Below, piece by piece: positions 1-9,249 of a DNA stretch of 38,144 bases. The stretch is from Candidatus Bathyarchaeota archaeon. Its GTDB lineage: Archaea > Thermoproteota > Bathyarchaeia > TCS64. The stretch's first letter is position 1; each line of letters opens with the position of its first letter. A program made the translations under genes and the position numbers. A model generated the notes under the pieces. That model worked only from the letters and a program-made list of their open reading frames with translations, was not told the DNA's origin and did not search any database. The DNA lies in contig JAEHCT010000001.1 in NCBI GenBank assembly GCA_020697635.1, positions 1 through 38,144 of the forward strand, read 5' to 3'.

Positions 1-1040
1 CCCGCCCACATGTTCACGGGCCTGACGTCCTTGAAGCAGGGGAAGTACTCCACGAGCACATGGTAGATGCCCTCCGTGTAGTAGCCCTCCTCCGGCTGGG
101 GGTCGTCCTCGAGACCGAAACGCCTGCCCAGATTGTCGGCGCAACCCACCCATATGCTCCCCTCCGACACCTCGGCCTTCAGGTATACCCCCGACTTGGG
201 GAGCACCGTGAGGGGGAGGGCGCCGTACTCGTTCAACCCCTTCACCTCGAAGAGGCCCCGCAACCTCGGGTCCTTGAAGACGAAGATGTGCCTCTTCTTC
301 GGCCGCATCATGGCGTCGATACCCACAGGGTCTAGGAGCCTCTCGGACCAGACGCCGGTGGCCACCACCGTGGTGCCGGCCCTGATCTCTCCCATGCTCG
401 TCTCGGCGCCCTTCACCTCGGCGTCCTGCCAGACGAAAGGCTCACCCGGTATGCCCAGCTCCTCCTCCGGCTCCAAGAGCAGCCTCTTCGCCTCCGCCCC
501 ATAGACCACCTCGCCCCCGGCCTTGAGGAACATCCGCTCGTAGCATCGGACCAGGGAGTCCGCGTCAATGCTGCCGCACTTCACGCCCTGCATGGCCACG
601 TCGACGGGTTCGAGGCCCAGTATCTCAGCCTCCTCGCCCGTGAACTCGGTGACGAGACCCGGGATCATACTGCTTAGCTCCTCGTCGAAGAACCTCAGCT
701 CCACCCCCAGCCGAGCCATGGAGTCGAGGACGGGCATTAAGCGGCGGTGCTGCTCCTCGCTGAAGAGCCAGAGGTAGCCGACATGGTCCAGCTTAAGGTC
801 ATAGCCCAGATCGTGTTGGAAGTGGGTGAAAGCGTCGATGGTCGAGTCGGCTAGAAGGAAGTTAGTCTTGGAGGTGAAGACGTTCCTGAAGGCGCCTTCG
901 CTCTTGGCGCTGTTCCCCTGCCCGGGGCCGCCGAGCCTGTCTATGAGGACGATCTTGTCGTCGGGTTTCCTTCGTTTCATGTGGTACGCCGAGCTGAAGC
1001 CGAGGACGCCTCCGCCTATGACGAGAACATCACACTCCAT
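1..1040 (-). CDS. FAD-dependent oxidoreductase, DAO family (glycine/D-amino-acid/sarcosine-oxidase-like); C-terminus runs off the window start
   Basis: Hand translation of the minus strand from ATG (1040-1038) gives MECDVLVIGGGVLGFSSAYHMKRRKPDDKIVLIDRLGG..., with an N-terminal GxGxxG Rossmann motif. It stays open down to position 1. It is absent from the ORF track because it is open-ended. The plus-strand ORFs at 60-1047 are its antisense shadows. Confidence 0.8.
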   Translation of the reverse strand, partial: MECDVLVIGGGVLGFSSAYHMKRRKPDDKIVLIDRLGGPGQGNSAKSEGAFRNVFTSKTNFLLADSTIDAFTHFQHDLGYDLKLDHVGYLWLFSEEQHRRLMPVLDSMARLGVELRFFDEELSSMIPGLVTEFTGEEAEILGLEPVDVAMQGVKCGSIDADSLVRCYERMFLKAGGEVVYGAEAKRLLLEPEEELGIPGEPFVWQDAEVKGAETSMGEIRAGTTVVATGVWSERLLDPVGIDAMMRPKKRHIFVFKDPRLRGLFEVKGLNEYGALPLTVLPKSGVYLKAEVSEGSIWVGCADNLGRRFGLEDDPQPEEGYYTEGIYHVLVEYFPCFKDVRPVNMWA

Positions 1041-1156
1041 ACATTAGACCCCAAATTAAGCGTAATTTGCTTAACGAGATATTGCTATGATATTTAACGT
1101 TTTAGAGCCACCGAGGCACCCACGACGGCCGGCTCCTCACGAGGGGGCCGCATCTC

Positions 1157-2740
1157 TCAACGAGCTCCCCTAAACTTCGTCACAAGGAACCCTAAGGAGA
1201 TACCCAGCCACCCGAAAACGAACCCGATCTGAGTCCCGCCACTCACGCTGGTTATGACCAGAAACACAACGTTACTCTCGACCCCGCTGAACCAGACGAA
1301 CAGGCCGTGCAGGATGGACGCAACCAAGGAGCCCGCCACCGATATGAAGAGCCCAACCACGAAGCCGCCTGACTCCTTGCGGAAGCCGAAGTAGCACCCC
1401 ACCGCGCAGCTCACCGCGGCGGTGAAGACCTCCAGGGTCCCACCATACGTGATGAACCCCAAGGTGCCTCCGATCACCAAGCCGGACACCAGTATGGGGT
1501 AACTCGCCTTGACGGGCTTCAGCCACCTTGGCTCAGCACCCGCCACGCGGTAGACTACGGCCAACCCGGCGAGCCCAGTCAGGAACCAGGCCCCCCACAG
1601 GGTCCGTGATCCCGGGATTATCCCCGTCTCGGCGGTGTTGGTGATCACCGCCACGCTTCCCCTGTCCGCTATGAAGACCTTGTCCCCGATGGACGTCACG
1701 GCGATTCCCACAACGTCTGCCCCGGCGTCATACACCCATAGGGGGGTCGAGCGGCTGGTGTAGAGGAAGTATACGCGCCCCTCGGAGCCGAGGGCGACGG
1801 CGTAAGAGCCGAAGGGAGGGGACCAGACCGACTCGACGCGCCCAGCGGCACTGAGCTCCCTCACAGCCACCTCTCCCACGGACTCCGTGAGAACCGAAGC
1901 CCTGCCTTCACTTTCGTACACGACCACCTTTGAGCCGTCGCTCGACATCGAGACTGAGGCGACCTGAGATGCCGTCCCCCATTCCCAGAGCTTCTCGCCG
2001 TCCTCCAGGGACAGAGAGAGGACTCGCCCTCCCCCGGAGGGATCGCCTCCGCCCACTGCCACCCGGGAGGACTGGGACAGGGAGATAACTCCGTCCGTCA
2101 CCCCCGTGGAGGACGCCCAGACCGGGCTGGGCTCGCCGACGTCGAAGAGGTAGACCCTTCCCTCCGCGTCCACGGCGGCCATATATTTGCCATCGTAGGA
2201 TATCTCCGCCGCGACGCCGCTTGTCCCCGTCGAGTACTCCCAGAGCAGGCCCTCCCTGTCGGAGAACAGGAGGATACATCCGTCGACCGAGGCCAGCATG
2301 TAGACTATGGGCGGTATCCCGCCCGAGGAGTGAACCGCCAGTACGCGGCCGCCCTGCAGTCTTTGGCTCCATCTGGGAGTGTTCACGCCGACGCCGAGGG
2401 AGCGAAACAAGGAGACGGTATGGTTCAAGTCCATGGCGAGGACGTAGTCCCCCTCGTCGGACACAAGGACGGAATGGACCTCCGAGCCTCCCTTGTACAC
2501 CCACTGAGACACGGCCTTGCCCTTCTTGTAGTAGGAGACCGTCCCGTCAGTCGTTCCCACGGCCAGGGCGTCCCCCCAGTTCGAGATGTCGAAGCAGGTC
2601 ACGGTCTCCTCGCTCAGATAGGTGGTGGTCGGCGTCCTATCCCGGGCGGTGTGGTTGAAGACGATGTACGCTAGACCTGACTCCAACAGCAGCAACAGGA
2701 GGACGGCCGAGGTTGTGCGTCGGTTCATGTGCTGGCTCAT
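1157..2740 (-). CDS. Membrane protein: N-terminal signal/anchor, PQQ/WD40-like beta-propeller repeats, C-terminal polytopic membrane domain
   Basis: Complete 527-aa ORF. It has a hydrophobic N-terminus (AVLLLLLLESGLAYIVF). Blades of about 40 aa recur with DG..V/Y..G signatures (e.g. DGTVSYYKKG, DGCILLFSD, EGRVYLFDV, EGRVYFLY). About 4 TM helices lie in the last ~150 aa. Confidence 0.65.
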   Translation of the reverse strand: MSQHMNRRTTSAVLLLLLLESGLAYIVFNHTARDRTPTTTYLSEETVTCFDISNWGDALAVGTTDGTVSYYKKGKAVSQWVYKGGSEVHSVLVSDEGDYVLAMDLNHTVSLFRSLGVGVNTPRWSQRLQGGRVLAVHSSGGIPPIVYMLASVDGCILLFSDREGLLWEYSTGTSGVAAEISYDGKYMAAVDAEGRVYLFDVGEPSPVWASSTGVTDGVISLSQSSRVAVGGGDPSGGGRVLSLSLEDGEKLWEWGTASQVASVSMSSDGSKVVVYESEGRASVLTESVGEVAVRELSAAGRVESVWSPPFGSYAVALGSEGRVYFLYTSRSTPLWVYDAGADVVGIAVTSIGDKVFIADRGSVAVITNTAETGIIPGSRTLWGAWFLTGLAGLAVVYRVAGAEPRWLKPVKASYPILVSGLVIGGTLGFITYGGTLEVFTAAVSCAVGCYFGFRKESGGFVVGLFISVAGSLVASILHGLFVWFSGVESNVVFLVITSVSGGTQIGFVFGWLGISLGFLVTKFRGAR

Positions 2741-2868
2741 CTCTCAACGCGGTACAATATATTTTGATCACGCCTTTAAGCTTGATTTAGTAATTTTCAT
2801 TAAATTTCCGATAGTAACAGCTATTATCCTTCGAAGAAACATGATGTGGCAGGAGCGTTCTCTTCGAG

Positions 2869-3606
2869 TTGGAAAACAAGATCCTGTTCATAGGTTGGTT
2901 CCCCAAGTGGTCGAAGGACATCGCGGAGCCGGAGACGACGCTGGTGGGGACCGGGTTCGACTCGGGCACCAACCACCTGGAGTACGAGTTCTACGAGCAC
3001 CTCGCCATCCACAACGTCATCGAGAAGACGGTGAACGCGGAGAAGGAGGGTTTCGACGCGGTGGTGATCGGGTGTTTCTACGACCCGGGGCTCAGGGAGG
3101 CCAGGGAACTGGTAGAGATCCCCGTCGTAGGCGTATGCGAGGCCAGCCTACACGTCGCCTCCATGCTGTCCGCTGGAAAGTTCTCGGTCCTCGTCGGAAG
3201 GAGGAAGTGGATCCCCAAGATGACGGACAACGCAAGCAACTACGGATTCGAAGACCGGATCGCTTCGTGGAGGGTGCTGGACCTCACGGTCCCGGACATG
3301 CATGACATGGAGAAGACCCAGGCCGCCATCCTCAGGGAGGCCAGAGGAGCCGTGGAGGATGACATGGCCGAGTGCGTCGTCCTAGGCTGCACAGGAATGG
3401 CGGGGCAGGCGAAGAGGGCGCAGGAAGAGTACGGCGTACCCGTCCTGGACCCGGTGCTGATGGGGGTAAAGGTGGCGGAGCTCAGGGCGACCCTTTGGAA
3501 GAGGCACGGCGTCTCCCACAGCAAGATCGGGGGATACGAAGCCCCTCCGGAGGAGGAGCTTGAGCCCATCTGGCGACGAGTCTACGGAAAACAAAAGAAA
3601 AGATGA
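2869..3606 (+). CDS. Asp/Glu/hydantoin racemase family protein (hydantoin-racemase-like)
   Basis: 245-aa ORF with a TTG start. Two catalytic-cysteine motifs typical of the family are present: VIGCFYDPGL and VVLGCTGMAG. Confidence 0.75.
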   Translation: MENKILFIGWFPKWSKDIAEPETTLVGTGFDSGTNHLEYEFYEHLAIHNVIEKTVNAEKEGFDAVVIGCFYDPGLREARELVEIPVVGVCEASLHVASMLSAGKFSVLVGRRKWIPKMTDNASNYGFEDRIASWRVLDLTVPDMHDMEKTQAAILREARGAVEDDMAECVVLGCTGMAGQAKRAQEEYGVPVLDPVLMGVKVAELRATLWKRHGVSHSKIGGYEAPPEEELEPIWRRVYGKQKKR

Positions 3607-3629
3607 ACGCCTACTCGGCGCCAACTACT

Positions 3630-4586
3630 TCATTCAGATAGTGTGTGGCACTTGACGAAGTGCCCGGGCTCCACCTCGACCATCGGCGGATCCTCCCTCT
3701 TGCACCTCTCGGTGCACTCGTTGCATCTCGGGTGGAAATAGCAGCCGCTGGGGACATTCACCGGGCTCGGGATCTCGCCCATCGACACCACCTTGTCGGG
3801 CTTCACCGCCTCCTCCTCTCTCGTGATGACGGGGATAGAGGACAGGAGCATCTTGGTGTAGGGGTGGAGGGGCTTGCTGAAGAACGTGCCCGTCGGCGCC
3901 ACCTCGCAGAGCTTCCCCAGGTACATTATGCCCACCCGTGTCGCCACGTTCCGCATCAGGCTCAAGTTGTGGGTGATGAACAGGTACGAGAGGTCAAGCG
4001 TCTCCTGGAACTCGATTAGCTTGTTGATGATCTTAGCCTGCATCGAAACGTCGAGGGCCGAAGTGGGCTCGTCGAGAGTCACGAAGGTCGGGTTGGTGGC
4101 GAGAGCCCTGGCTATGGCTACCATCTGTTTCTCCCCTCCGCCGATCTTGGTGGGCTGTCTGTCCAGGTAGTCCTCGGGCAGCTCAACCATCTGAAGCAGC
4201 TCGATCACCCTCTTCCTGCGCTCATCCTTCGCGATGCCGTGCACCTGCAGCGGGAGCTCTATGATCTGCTCGATGCTTCTCTTCGGGTTCAGGGATGAGC
4301 CCGGGTCCTGGAAGACCATCTGCATCTCCTTCTTGAGGCTGAGGGGCCTCTGCTTGATGCCCATGGAGATGTCCATCCCCTTGTAACTGATCTCACCGGC
4401 CGTCGGCGTGTATATGCCCATCAAGGTGTAGGCCGTGGTGCTCTTGCCTGAGCCGGACTCCCCGACGAGGCCGAAGGTCTCTCCCTCGTTTATGGTGAAG
4501 CTGATGTCGTCCACCGCCCTCACTATGCCTTCGTCGGTGTCGAACCATTTCTTGAGATCCTTCACGACCACGATTTCCTTGCTCAT
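3630..4586 (-). CDS. Oligopeptide/dipeptide ABC transporter ATP-binding protein (OppF/DppF type)
   Basis: Walker A GESGSGKST, ABC signature GGGEKQMVAIARAL and Walker B FVTLDEPTSALD. The C-terminal Cys-rich oligopeptide-transporter extension is present (CYFHPRC..C..C). Confidence 0.9.
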   Translation of the reverse strand: MSKEIVVVKDLKKWFDTDEGIVRAVDDISFTINEGETFGLVGESGSGKSTTAYTLMGIYTPTAGEISYKGMDISMGIKQRPLSLKKEMQMVFQDPGSSLNPKRSIEQIIELPLQVHGIAKDERRKRVIELLQMVELPEDYLDRQPTKIGGGEKQMVAIARALATNPTFVTLDEPTSALDVSMQAKIINKLIEFQETLDLSYLFITHNLSLMRNVATRVGIMYLGKLCEVAPTGTFFSKPLHPYTKMLLSSIPVITREEEAVKPDKVVSMGEIPSPVNVPSGCYFHPRCNECTERCKREDPPMVEVEPGHFVKCHTLSE

Positions 4587-4587
4587 G

Positions 4588-5580
4588 TCATTGTCCTCCG
4601 TAGAGATAGCAAGCCACCTCGTGTCCGTCGCCTACCTGGTAGAATGGCGGAGCGTTTTCACGGCACTCCGGCTTCGCGTGGGAGCACCGGGGGTTGAACC
4701 TGCAGCCCGTCGGGGGGCTCAGGTAGTTAGGGATCCTTCCTGGTATCCCCATCGGTATGCCTCCTCCCGTGAGCTTAGGCACCGCTTTGAACAGGGCTTT
4801 GGTGTACGGGTGAAGGGGATCGGAGAACAGGTCCTCGGTATTGGCGGCCTCCACCATGCTCCCCGCGTACATCACGTACACCCTGTCCACGAGGCCTTTG
4901 ACCGCCCCGAGCGCGTGGCTGATCAGTATGATGGACGTGCCTCTGTCCTCGACGAGGTCCCCCAGGAGCCTCAGGACCTGGTCCTGGATGGTGACGTCGA
5001 GGTTCGTGCCGGGCTCGTCCGCGATTAGGAGGTTGGTGGCCGAGACGAGGGCCATGGCGATGGATATCCTCTGCCGCATACCGCCGCTGAGCTGGATGGG
5101 GTAGCTGTTCATCAACCTCTCGGGGTCCGGCATCTGGACCTCCTTGAGCACCTGCACCGTCTTCTCATGGATCTCCTCCTTCGAGATCTTGTTGCCGAGA
5201 GCGAGCTGGTTATACTTGATTATGTCCCCGATCTGGTCCCCCACCTTGAAGACCGGGTTGAGGGCGGCGGTGGGGTCCTGGAAAATCATGGAGACCGTCT
5301 TCCTCCGCATCATCTGGAGGTCCCTCTGACTCATCTTCAGGACGTCCAATCCCTCTAGATAGATCTCGCCTCCCATAACCTCGGCGGGTGGCATCTGCAG
5401 TATCTTCATTATCGACTTTACAGTCGTCGTCTTTCCGCACCCAGCCTCTCCTATCAGCCCCACCTTCTCGCCCTTGGCGACCCTGAAGTTCACCCCGTTT
5501 AGGACCCTAGTCACACCCTCATATATGTTGAAGTTGACGTAGAGATCCCGGATATCGACGATCATTTCACTCATCATCAA
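4588..5580 (-). CDS. Oligopeptide/dipeptide ABC transporter ATP-binding protein (OppD/DppD type)
   Basis: Walker A GEAGCGKTT, signature LSGGMRQRISIAMAL and Walker B LLIADEPGTNLD, with a C-terminal CRFNPRC motif. It lies 1 nt from the downstream ATPase gene. Confidence 0.9.
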   Translation of the reverse strand: MMMSEMIVDIRDLYVNFNIYEGVTRVLNGVNFRVAKGEKVGLIGEAGCGKTTTVKSIMKILQMPPAEVMGGEIYLEGLDVLKMSQRDLQMMRRKTVSMIFQDPTAALNPVFKVGDQIGDIIKYNQLALGNKISKEEIHEKTVQVLKEVQMPDPERLMNSYPIQLSGGMRQRISIAMALVSATNLLIADEPGTNLDVTIQDQVLRLLGDLVEDRGTSIILISHALGAVKGLVDRVYVMYAGSMVEAANTEDLFSDPLHPYTKALFKAVPKLTGGGIPMGIPGRIPNYLSPPTGCRFNPRCSHAKPECRENAPPFYQVGDGHEVACYLYGGQ

Positions 5581-6437
5581 TCACCCGCAAGCATGTCTCT
5601 CACGCCGTCCCCCAGGAGGTTGAAACCGAGGATTATCACGACTATGAACAGGGCCGGGAACAGGCTGATCCACCACTGGGCCGGGATGTACTTCGAGCCG
5701 TCCGAGACCATGGTCCCCAGGTCCGGCGTCGGGGGCTGGGCCCCAAGCCCGACGAAGCTCAGCGTGGACCCGATGAGGATCACCCAGCCCACGTCGAGAG
5801 TCATCTTGGTGAATATGGTGGACAGGCAGTTGGGGAATATCTCCCCGAAGAGTATATGGAACGTGCTCGCCCCGGTGACCTCGGCTGCCTGGACGAAGTA
5901 CTCGTTCTTTATGGAAGAGGCGGCGCCGTAGACCAGCCTCGTGTACCAGGGCCACCACATCACCGTCACGGCCAGCATCGCGTTGTACAGGGTGGGCTCC
6001 AGCATGGAGCACACGGCGAGGGCCAGCACCATGGACGGCACGCTCAGGAACACGTCGGCGACCCTCATTATCGCAATGTCCACCCAGGTGTCCCTCATGT
6101 ACCCGGCGACTAGTCCCAGCAGGACGCCCGGCGGCGTCGCCACCGACAGCACCGAGACCGCCATCACCAGGCTGTATCTGAAGCCGAAGAATATCCTGCT
6201 CAATATGTCCCTGCCGGCCATGTCCGTCCCGCAGAGGTACTGCCAGCAAGGCGGCCTCTTAGCGTTCTTGAAGTCGACGAACACGAAGGCGTGCTCTGGG
6301 TACGGCGCAAAGAAGTCGGCGAATATCGCGATGAGTATGATCGCCAGGACGACCGCCAGGCCAAGGATCGAGAGAGGGTTCCTCGAGAACTTGTACCAGT
6401 TCCGCCTCCAACGCTCCTTCATGAGCTCTGTGTTCAT
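5577..6437 (-). CDS. ABC transporter permease (OppC/DppC type)
   Basis: 286-aa polytopic membrane protein with a BPD-transporter fold pattern. It overlaps the ATPase gene by 4 nt. Confidence 0.85.
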   Translation of the reverse strand: MNTELMKERWRRNWYKFSRNPLSILGLAVVLAIILIAIFADFFAPYPEHAFVFVDFKNAKRPPCWQYLCGTDMAGRDILSRIFFGFRYSLVMAVSVLSVATPPGVLLGLVAGYMRDTWVDIAIMRVADVFLSVPSMVLALAVCSMLEPTLYNAMLAVTVMWWPWYTRLVYGAASSIKNEYFVQAAEVTGASTFHILFGEIFPNCLSTIFTKMTLDVGWVILIGSTLSFVGLGAQPPTPDLGTMVSDGSKYIPAQWWISLFPALFIVVIILGFNLLGDGVRDMLAGD

Positions 6438-6438
6438 A

Positions 6439-7464
6439 TCAGCCCCCCCTCAGCTTCATCATGATCCTGGGGTCCAGGTACGCCGTGATCAGATCCACCA
6501 GGATGTTCATGAAGGCGAAGAACACGCCTATGAGCATCACCACGCCCACTATGGCGTTGATGTCGTTGCTGAGCATGGCGCTCATCCCGTACCTCCCGAG
6601 GCCAGGCCAGTTGAAGATGGTCTCGACGATGAAGGAGCCGCCCATGGAGCCGGCGATGTCCATGCCCATGATGGCCACCGTTGGGATCAGCGAGGGTTTC
6701 AGGAGATACTTCAGCGTGATCGTCCTCTCGGGTATCCCGAAAGACCTCGCCGCCATTATGTAGTCCTTGTGAAGGTTCTCCACCACACTGGCCCGTGTGA
6801 TCCTGGCCTCCTGGGCCAGCCGGCTGATTACCAGCGAGGTTCCCGGCAGTATCATGTGGTAAAACGCGTCTCTGAAGACGCCTAGCCTGCCGGCGATCAA
6901 CGAGTCCACGAGAAGCAGCCCCGTAACCTTCGTCGGCATCACCACGCCGGAACTGAGCCTCCCCAGGGTCGGGAACCACCTCAGGAGGTACCCGAAGATG
7001 AAGACAGACATGATCGCCCAGACGAAGCTGGGGATCGCGATGCCTACGTACGATGTGACGCGAACGATGTTGTCCCAGAGGCTGTTAGCGTACTTCCCTG
7101 AAGTCACGCCTAGGATGATTGCTAGACTCGTCGAAAGTATGACGGAGAAGATCACCAGCTCGAAAGTCGCGGGGAAGAACTCGAAGATGTCGTTGAACAC
7201 CCCACGCCGCGTCACCAGAGACTGACCTAGGTCGCCCCTGAAGACGTTCGTCACCCAGTAGATATACTGGATATAGACTGGCTCGTCCAGGTGAAGCTGC
7301 GCCCTCAGCTTGTCAACGGCCCACTGGGGGGCCATGGGGCCGAGGGCAAGTCTGGCAGGGTCTCCCGGCACGAGCCTCGAAAGTGAGAATATTAAAAGGG
7401 ATAATCCAAACAAAACGAAAAAAGAGGATATGAGTCTGTACGCCACGTACTTCTTGATGTTCAT
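6439..7464 (-). CDS. ABC transporter permease (OppB/DppB type)
   Basis: 341-aa polytopic membrane protein with the typical OppB N-terminus (YVAYRLISSFFVLFGLSLLIFSLSRLVPGDPA). Confidence 0.85.
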   Translation of the reverse strand: MNIKKYVAYRLISSFFVLFGLSLLIFSLSRLVPGDPARLALGPMAPQWAVDKLRAQLHLDEPVYIQYIYWVTNVFRGDLGQSLVTRRGVFNDIFEFFPATFELVIFSVILSTSLAIILGVTSGKYANSLWDNIVRVTSYVGIAIPSFVWAIMSVFIFGYLLRWFPTLGRLSSGVVMPTKVTGLLLVDSLIAGRLGVFRDAFYHMILPGTSLVISRLAQEARITRASVVENLHKDYIMAARSFGIPERTITLKYLLKPSLIPTVAIMGMDIAGSMGGSFIVETIFNWPGLGRYGMSAMLSNDINAIVGVVMLIGVFFAFMNILVDLITAYLDPRIMMKLRGG

Positions 7465-7479
7465 CTGGTGTCCTCGGGC

Positions 7480-9171
7480 TTAGGGTTGGTTTACGCCTGT
7501 GTATAGGCCGTAGTACGTTCTAAAGCCTAACGGTACCTTGTAAACGAACCCGCTGACCTGCTCCCCGTACTCCACGTATGGATAGTCCACGTAGTCCTGG
7601 ACACAGCGCAGCGTCGTCGTCTGCAGCACATAGATAGTCGGGCACACATCGTAGATGTACTCCTGTATCTCGCCGTATTTCTCGAACCGCTCCGCCTGGT
7701 CGACCGTCCCTAGGGCGTCCTCGATCATCTGGTCGAGGGTCTCATCGAGAAGCCACTCGTTCTGCTCCCAGGTTGGGGCCGACTCGGAGTGGTATCTCAT
7801 CAGGTCGCCTCCTGCCTCGGGGAAGTGCACCGAGTTGTAGACGACGACGACGTTGGGGCTCAGTTCCGGGTCTGCCATAGTCTCTATCATGGAGAGCCAC
7901 GGCTCCTTGACGATCTTGACGCTTATCCCCAAGTCCGCCATGTTGTCCATGAACAGGAGGGATATCCTCTCCTCCGCGGGTACCTCTGCGCACCAGTGGA
8001 TCTCGATCTCGATTTCATCAAGCTGGTCGTAGTATACTGACTGCTCTAGTTCCTCCATCGCCTTATCAAGGTCTCTTCTGAATGGCTCGAGGTCTGGGGT
8101 GTAACCTGGCAACACCTCGTTGACCACACCCTTCACCAGCGTTGTGTGGGGGAAGATGTCCGTGACGACGGTCTCGTAGTCGAAGGCATAAACCATCGCT
8201 CTCCTGAAGTGTACGTCGTCGGTCGGCGCCTTATTGGTGTGCATCATCAGGTTCAGCAGAGACGTGCCGACCTCTCCGATCATCTCGACGCCCTCCGTCT
8301 GAACCATCTCCTCCAGGTTCTCTATGGGCTGCCAACTGTCGGTACGCTCCAGCTCCATTCTAGACATCATAGTCCTGACGGTGATGGGCTCAGTGGTGCC
8401 TATCATCTCCATTATGTCGGGGGCGTTCTCGACGAACTTGAAGCCCTCGACGTCGAGGGTCTCTCCCCAGTAGTCTTCGTACTTCTCCATGACGAGCTTC
8501 TCCTCCAGCAGGAACTCCTTCACCTTGTAGGGTCCGGTGCCCGCGTCGTGTGTCATCAGCCACTCCTTTCCGTAGTCGCCCAGGTCGCCGTACTCGCCTT
8601 CAGCGATGTTCTCCATCACTACATCCTTGTCAAGCACGAAGAAGTTGGGCATCACGGTCAGAATCGGCCCGAAAGACTTCAGCAGATCGAACTGCACGGT
8701 GTATGTGTCGACGGCGGTAACCTCGTCGATGTATGGGAGGAACAGGTAGGCAAGACCTTCGCCCATGCCGAGTAGCCGGTCCATGCTGAAGACGACGTCT
8801 TCTGCTGTGATCTCGTTCCCGGCGTGAGACATGACCCCCTGCCTTAGCGTGAAGGTGTAGGTCATACCTTCGTTCGAAGTCGTCCAGCTCTCAGCCAGCT
8901 CGGGGCCGACGACCCCCTCAGGGGTTATGCGGACCAGCGAGTTGTACAGGTTGGGATGAGCAGCCGTGCTCGAGCCATCGGACCCCACGGCGGGGTCGAT
9001 GCGAGTCGGCCAAGCCCACGTGCTCCTATACACTATTGGCTCTGAGGGTACGGGTGCGGGTTCAGGCTCTTGAGCCGGTTGCATTAACCAGTATCCTGCG
9101 GCGGCTATTACGATGATTGCTATTATTCCAGCGTACATCAATGTTTTATTTGATGTTGATATTTTTTTCAC
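7480..9171 (-). CDS. ABC transporter substrate-binding protein, family 5 (peptide/nickel/opine type), membrane-anchored
   Basis: 563-aa ORF with a GTG start. It has an N-terminal TM anchor (LMYAGIIAIIVIAAAGYWL) and a Pro-rich linker (QEPEPAPVPSEP), then an SBP_bac_5-like body. It is first in the five-gene operon. Confidence 0.8.
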   Translation of the reverse strand: MKKISTSNKTLMYAGIIAIIVIAAAGYWLMQPAQEPEPAPVPSEPIVYRSTWAWPTRIDPAVGSDGSSTAAHPNLYNSLVRITPEGVVGPELAESWTTSNEGMTYTFTLRQGVMSHAGNEITAEDVVFSMDRLLGMGEGLAYLFLPYIDEVTAVDTYTVQFDLLKSFGPILTVMPNFFVLDKDVVMENIAEGEYGDLGDYGKEWLMTHDAGTGPYKVKEFLLEEKLVMEKYEDYWGETLDVEGFKFVENAPDIMEMIGTTEPITVRTMMSRMELERTDSWQPIENLEEMVQTEGVEMIGEVGTSLLNLMMHTNKAPTDDVHFRRAMVYAFDYETVVTDIFPHTTLVKGVVNEVLPGYTPDLEPFRRDLDKAMEELEQSVYYDQLDEIEIEIHWCAEVPAEERISLLFMDNMADLGISVKIVKEPWLSMIETMADPELSPNVVVVYNSVHFPEAGGDLMRYHSESAPTWEQNEWLLDETLDQMIEDALGTVDQAERFEKYGEIQEYIYDVCPTIYVLQTTTLRCVQDYVDYPYVEYGEQVSGFVYKVPLGFRTYYGLYTGVNQP

Positions 9172-9249
9172 CTACGCTGTAGGGAAGTACTAATTATTTA
9201 TAAGTTTCGTGAGATTTTTTGGTTAGAAAATAATAAAATAAACGGAGAA

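Noticed and set aside
60-1047. Four plus-strand ORFs of 69-123 aa at the window start.
   Set aside because: They are shadows of the minus-strand FAD-oxidoreductase gene, which reads through the whole region with a GxGxxG N-terminus. The plus-strand products are S/P/R-rich nonsense.
2622-3305. A 227-aa plus-strand ORF overlapping the end of the propeller gene and the racemase gene.
   Set aside because: It is out of frame with the racemase gene, which has both catalytic Cys motifs. Its product is R/G-rich low-complexity sequence and it spans a clearly non-coding AT-rich spacer.
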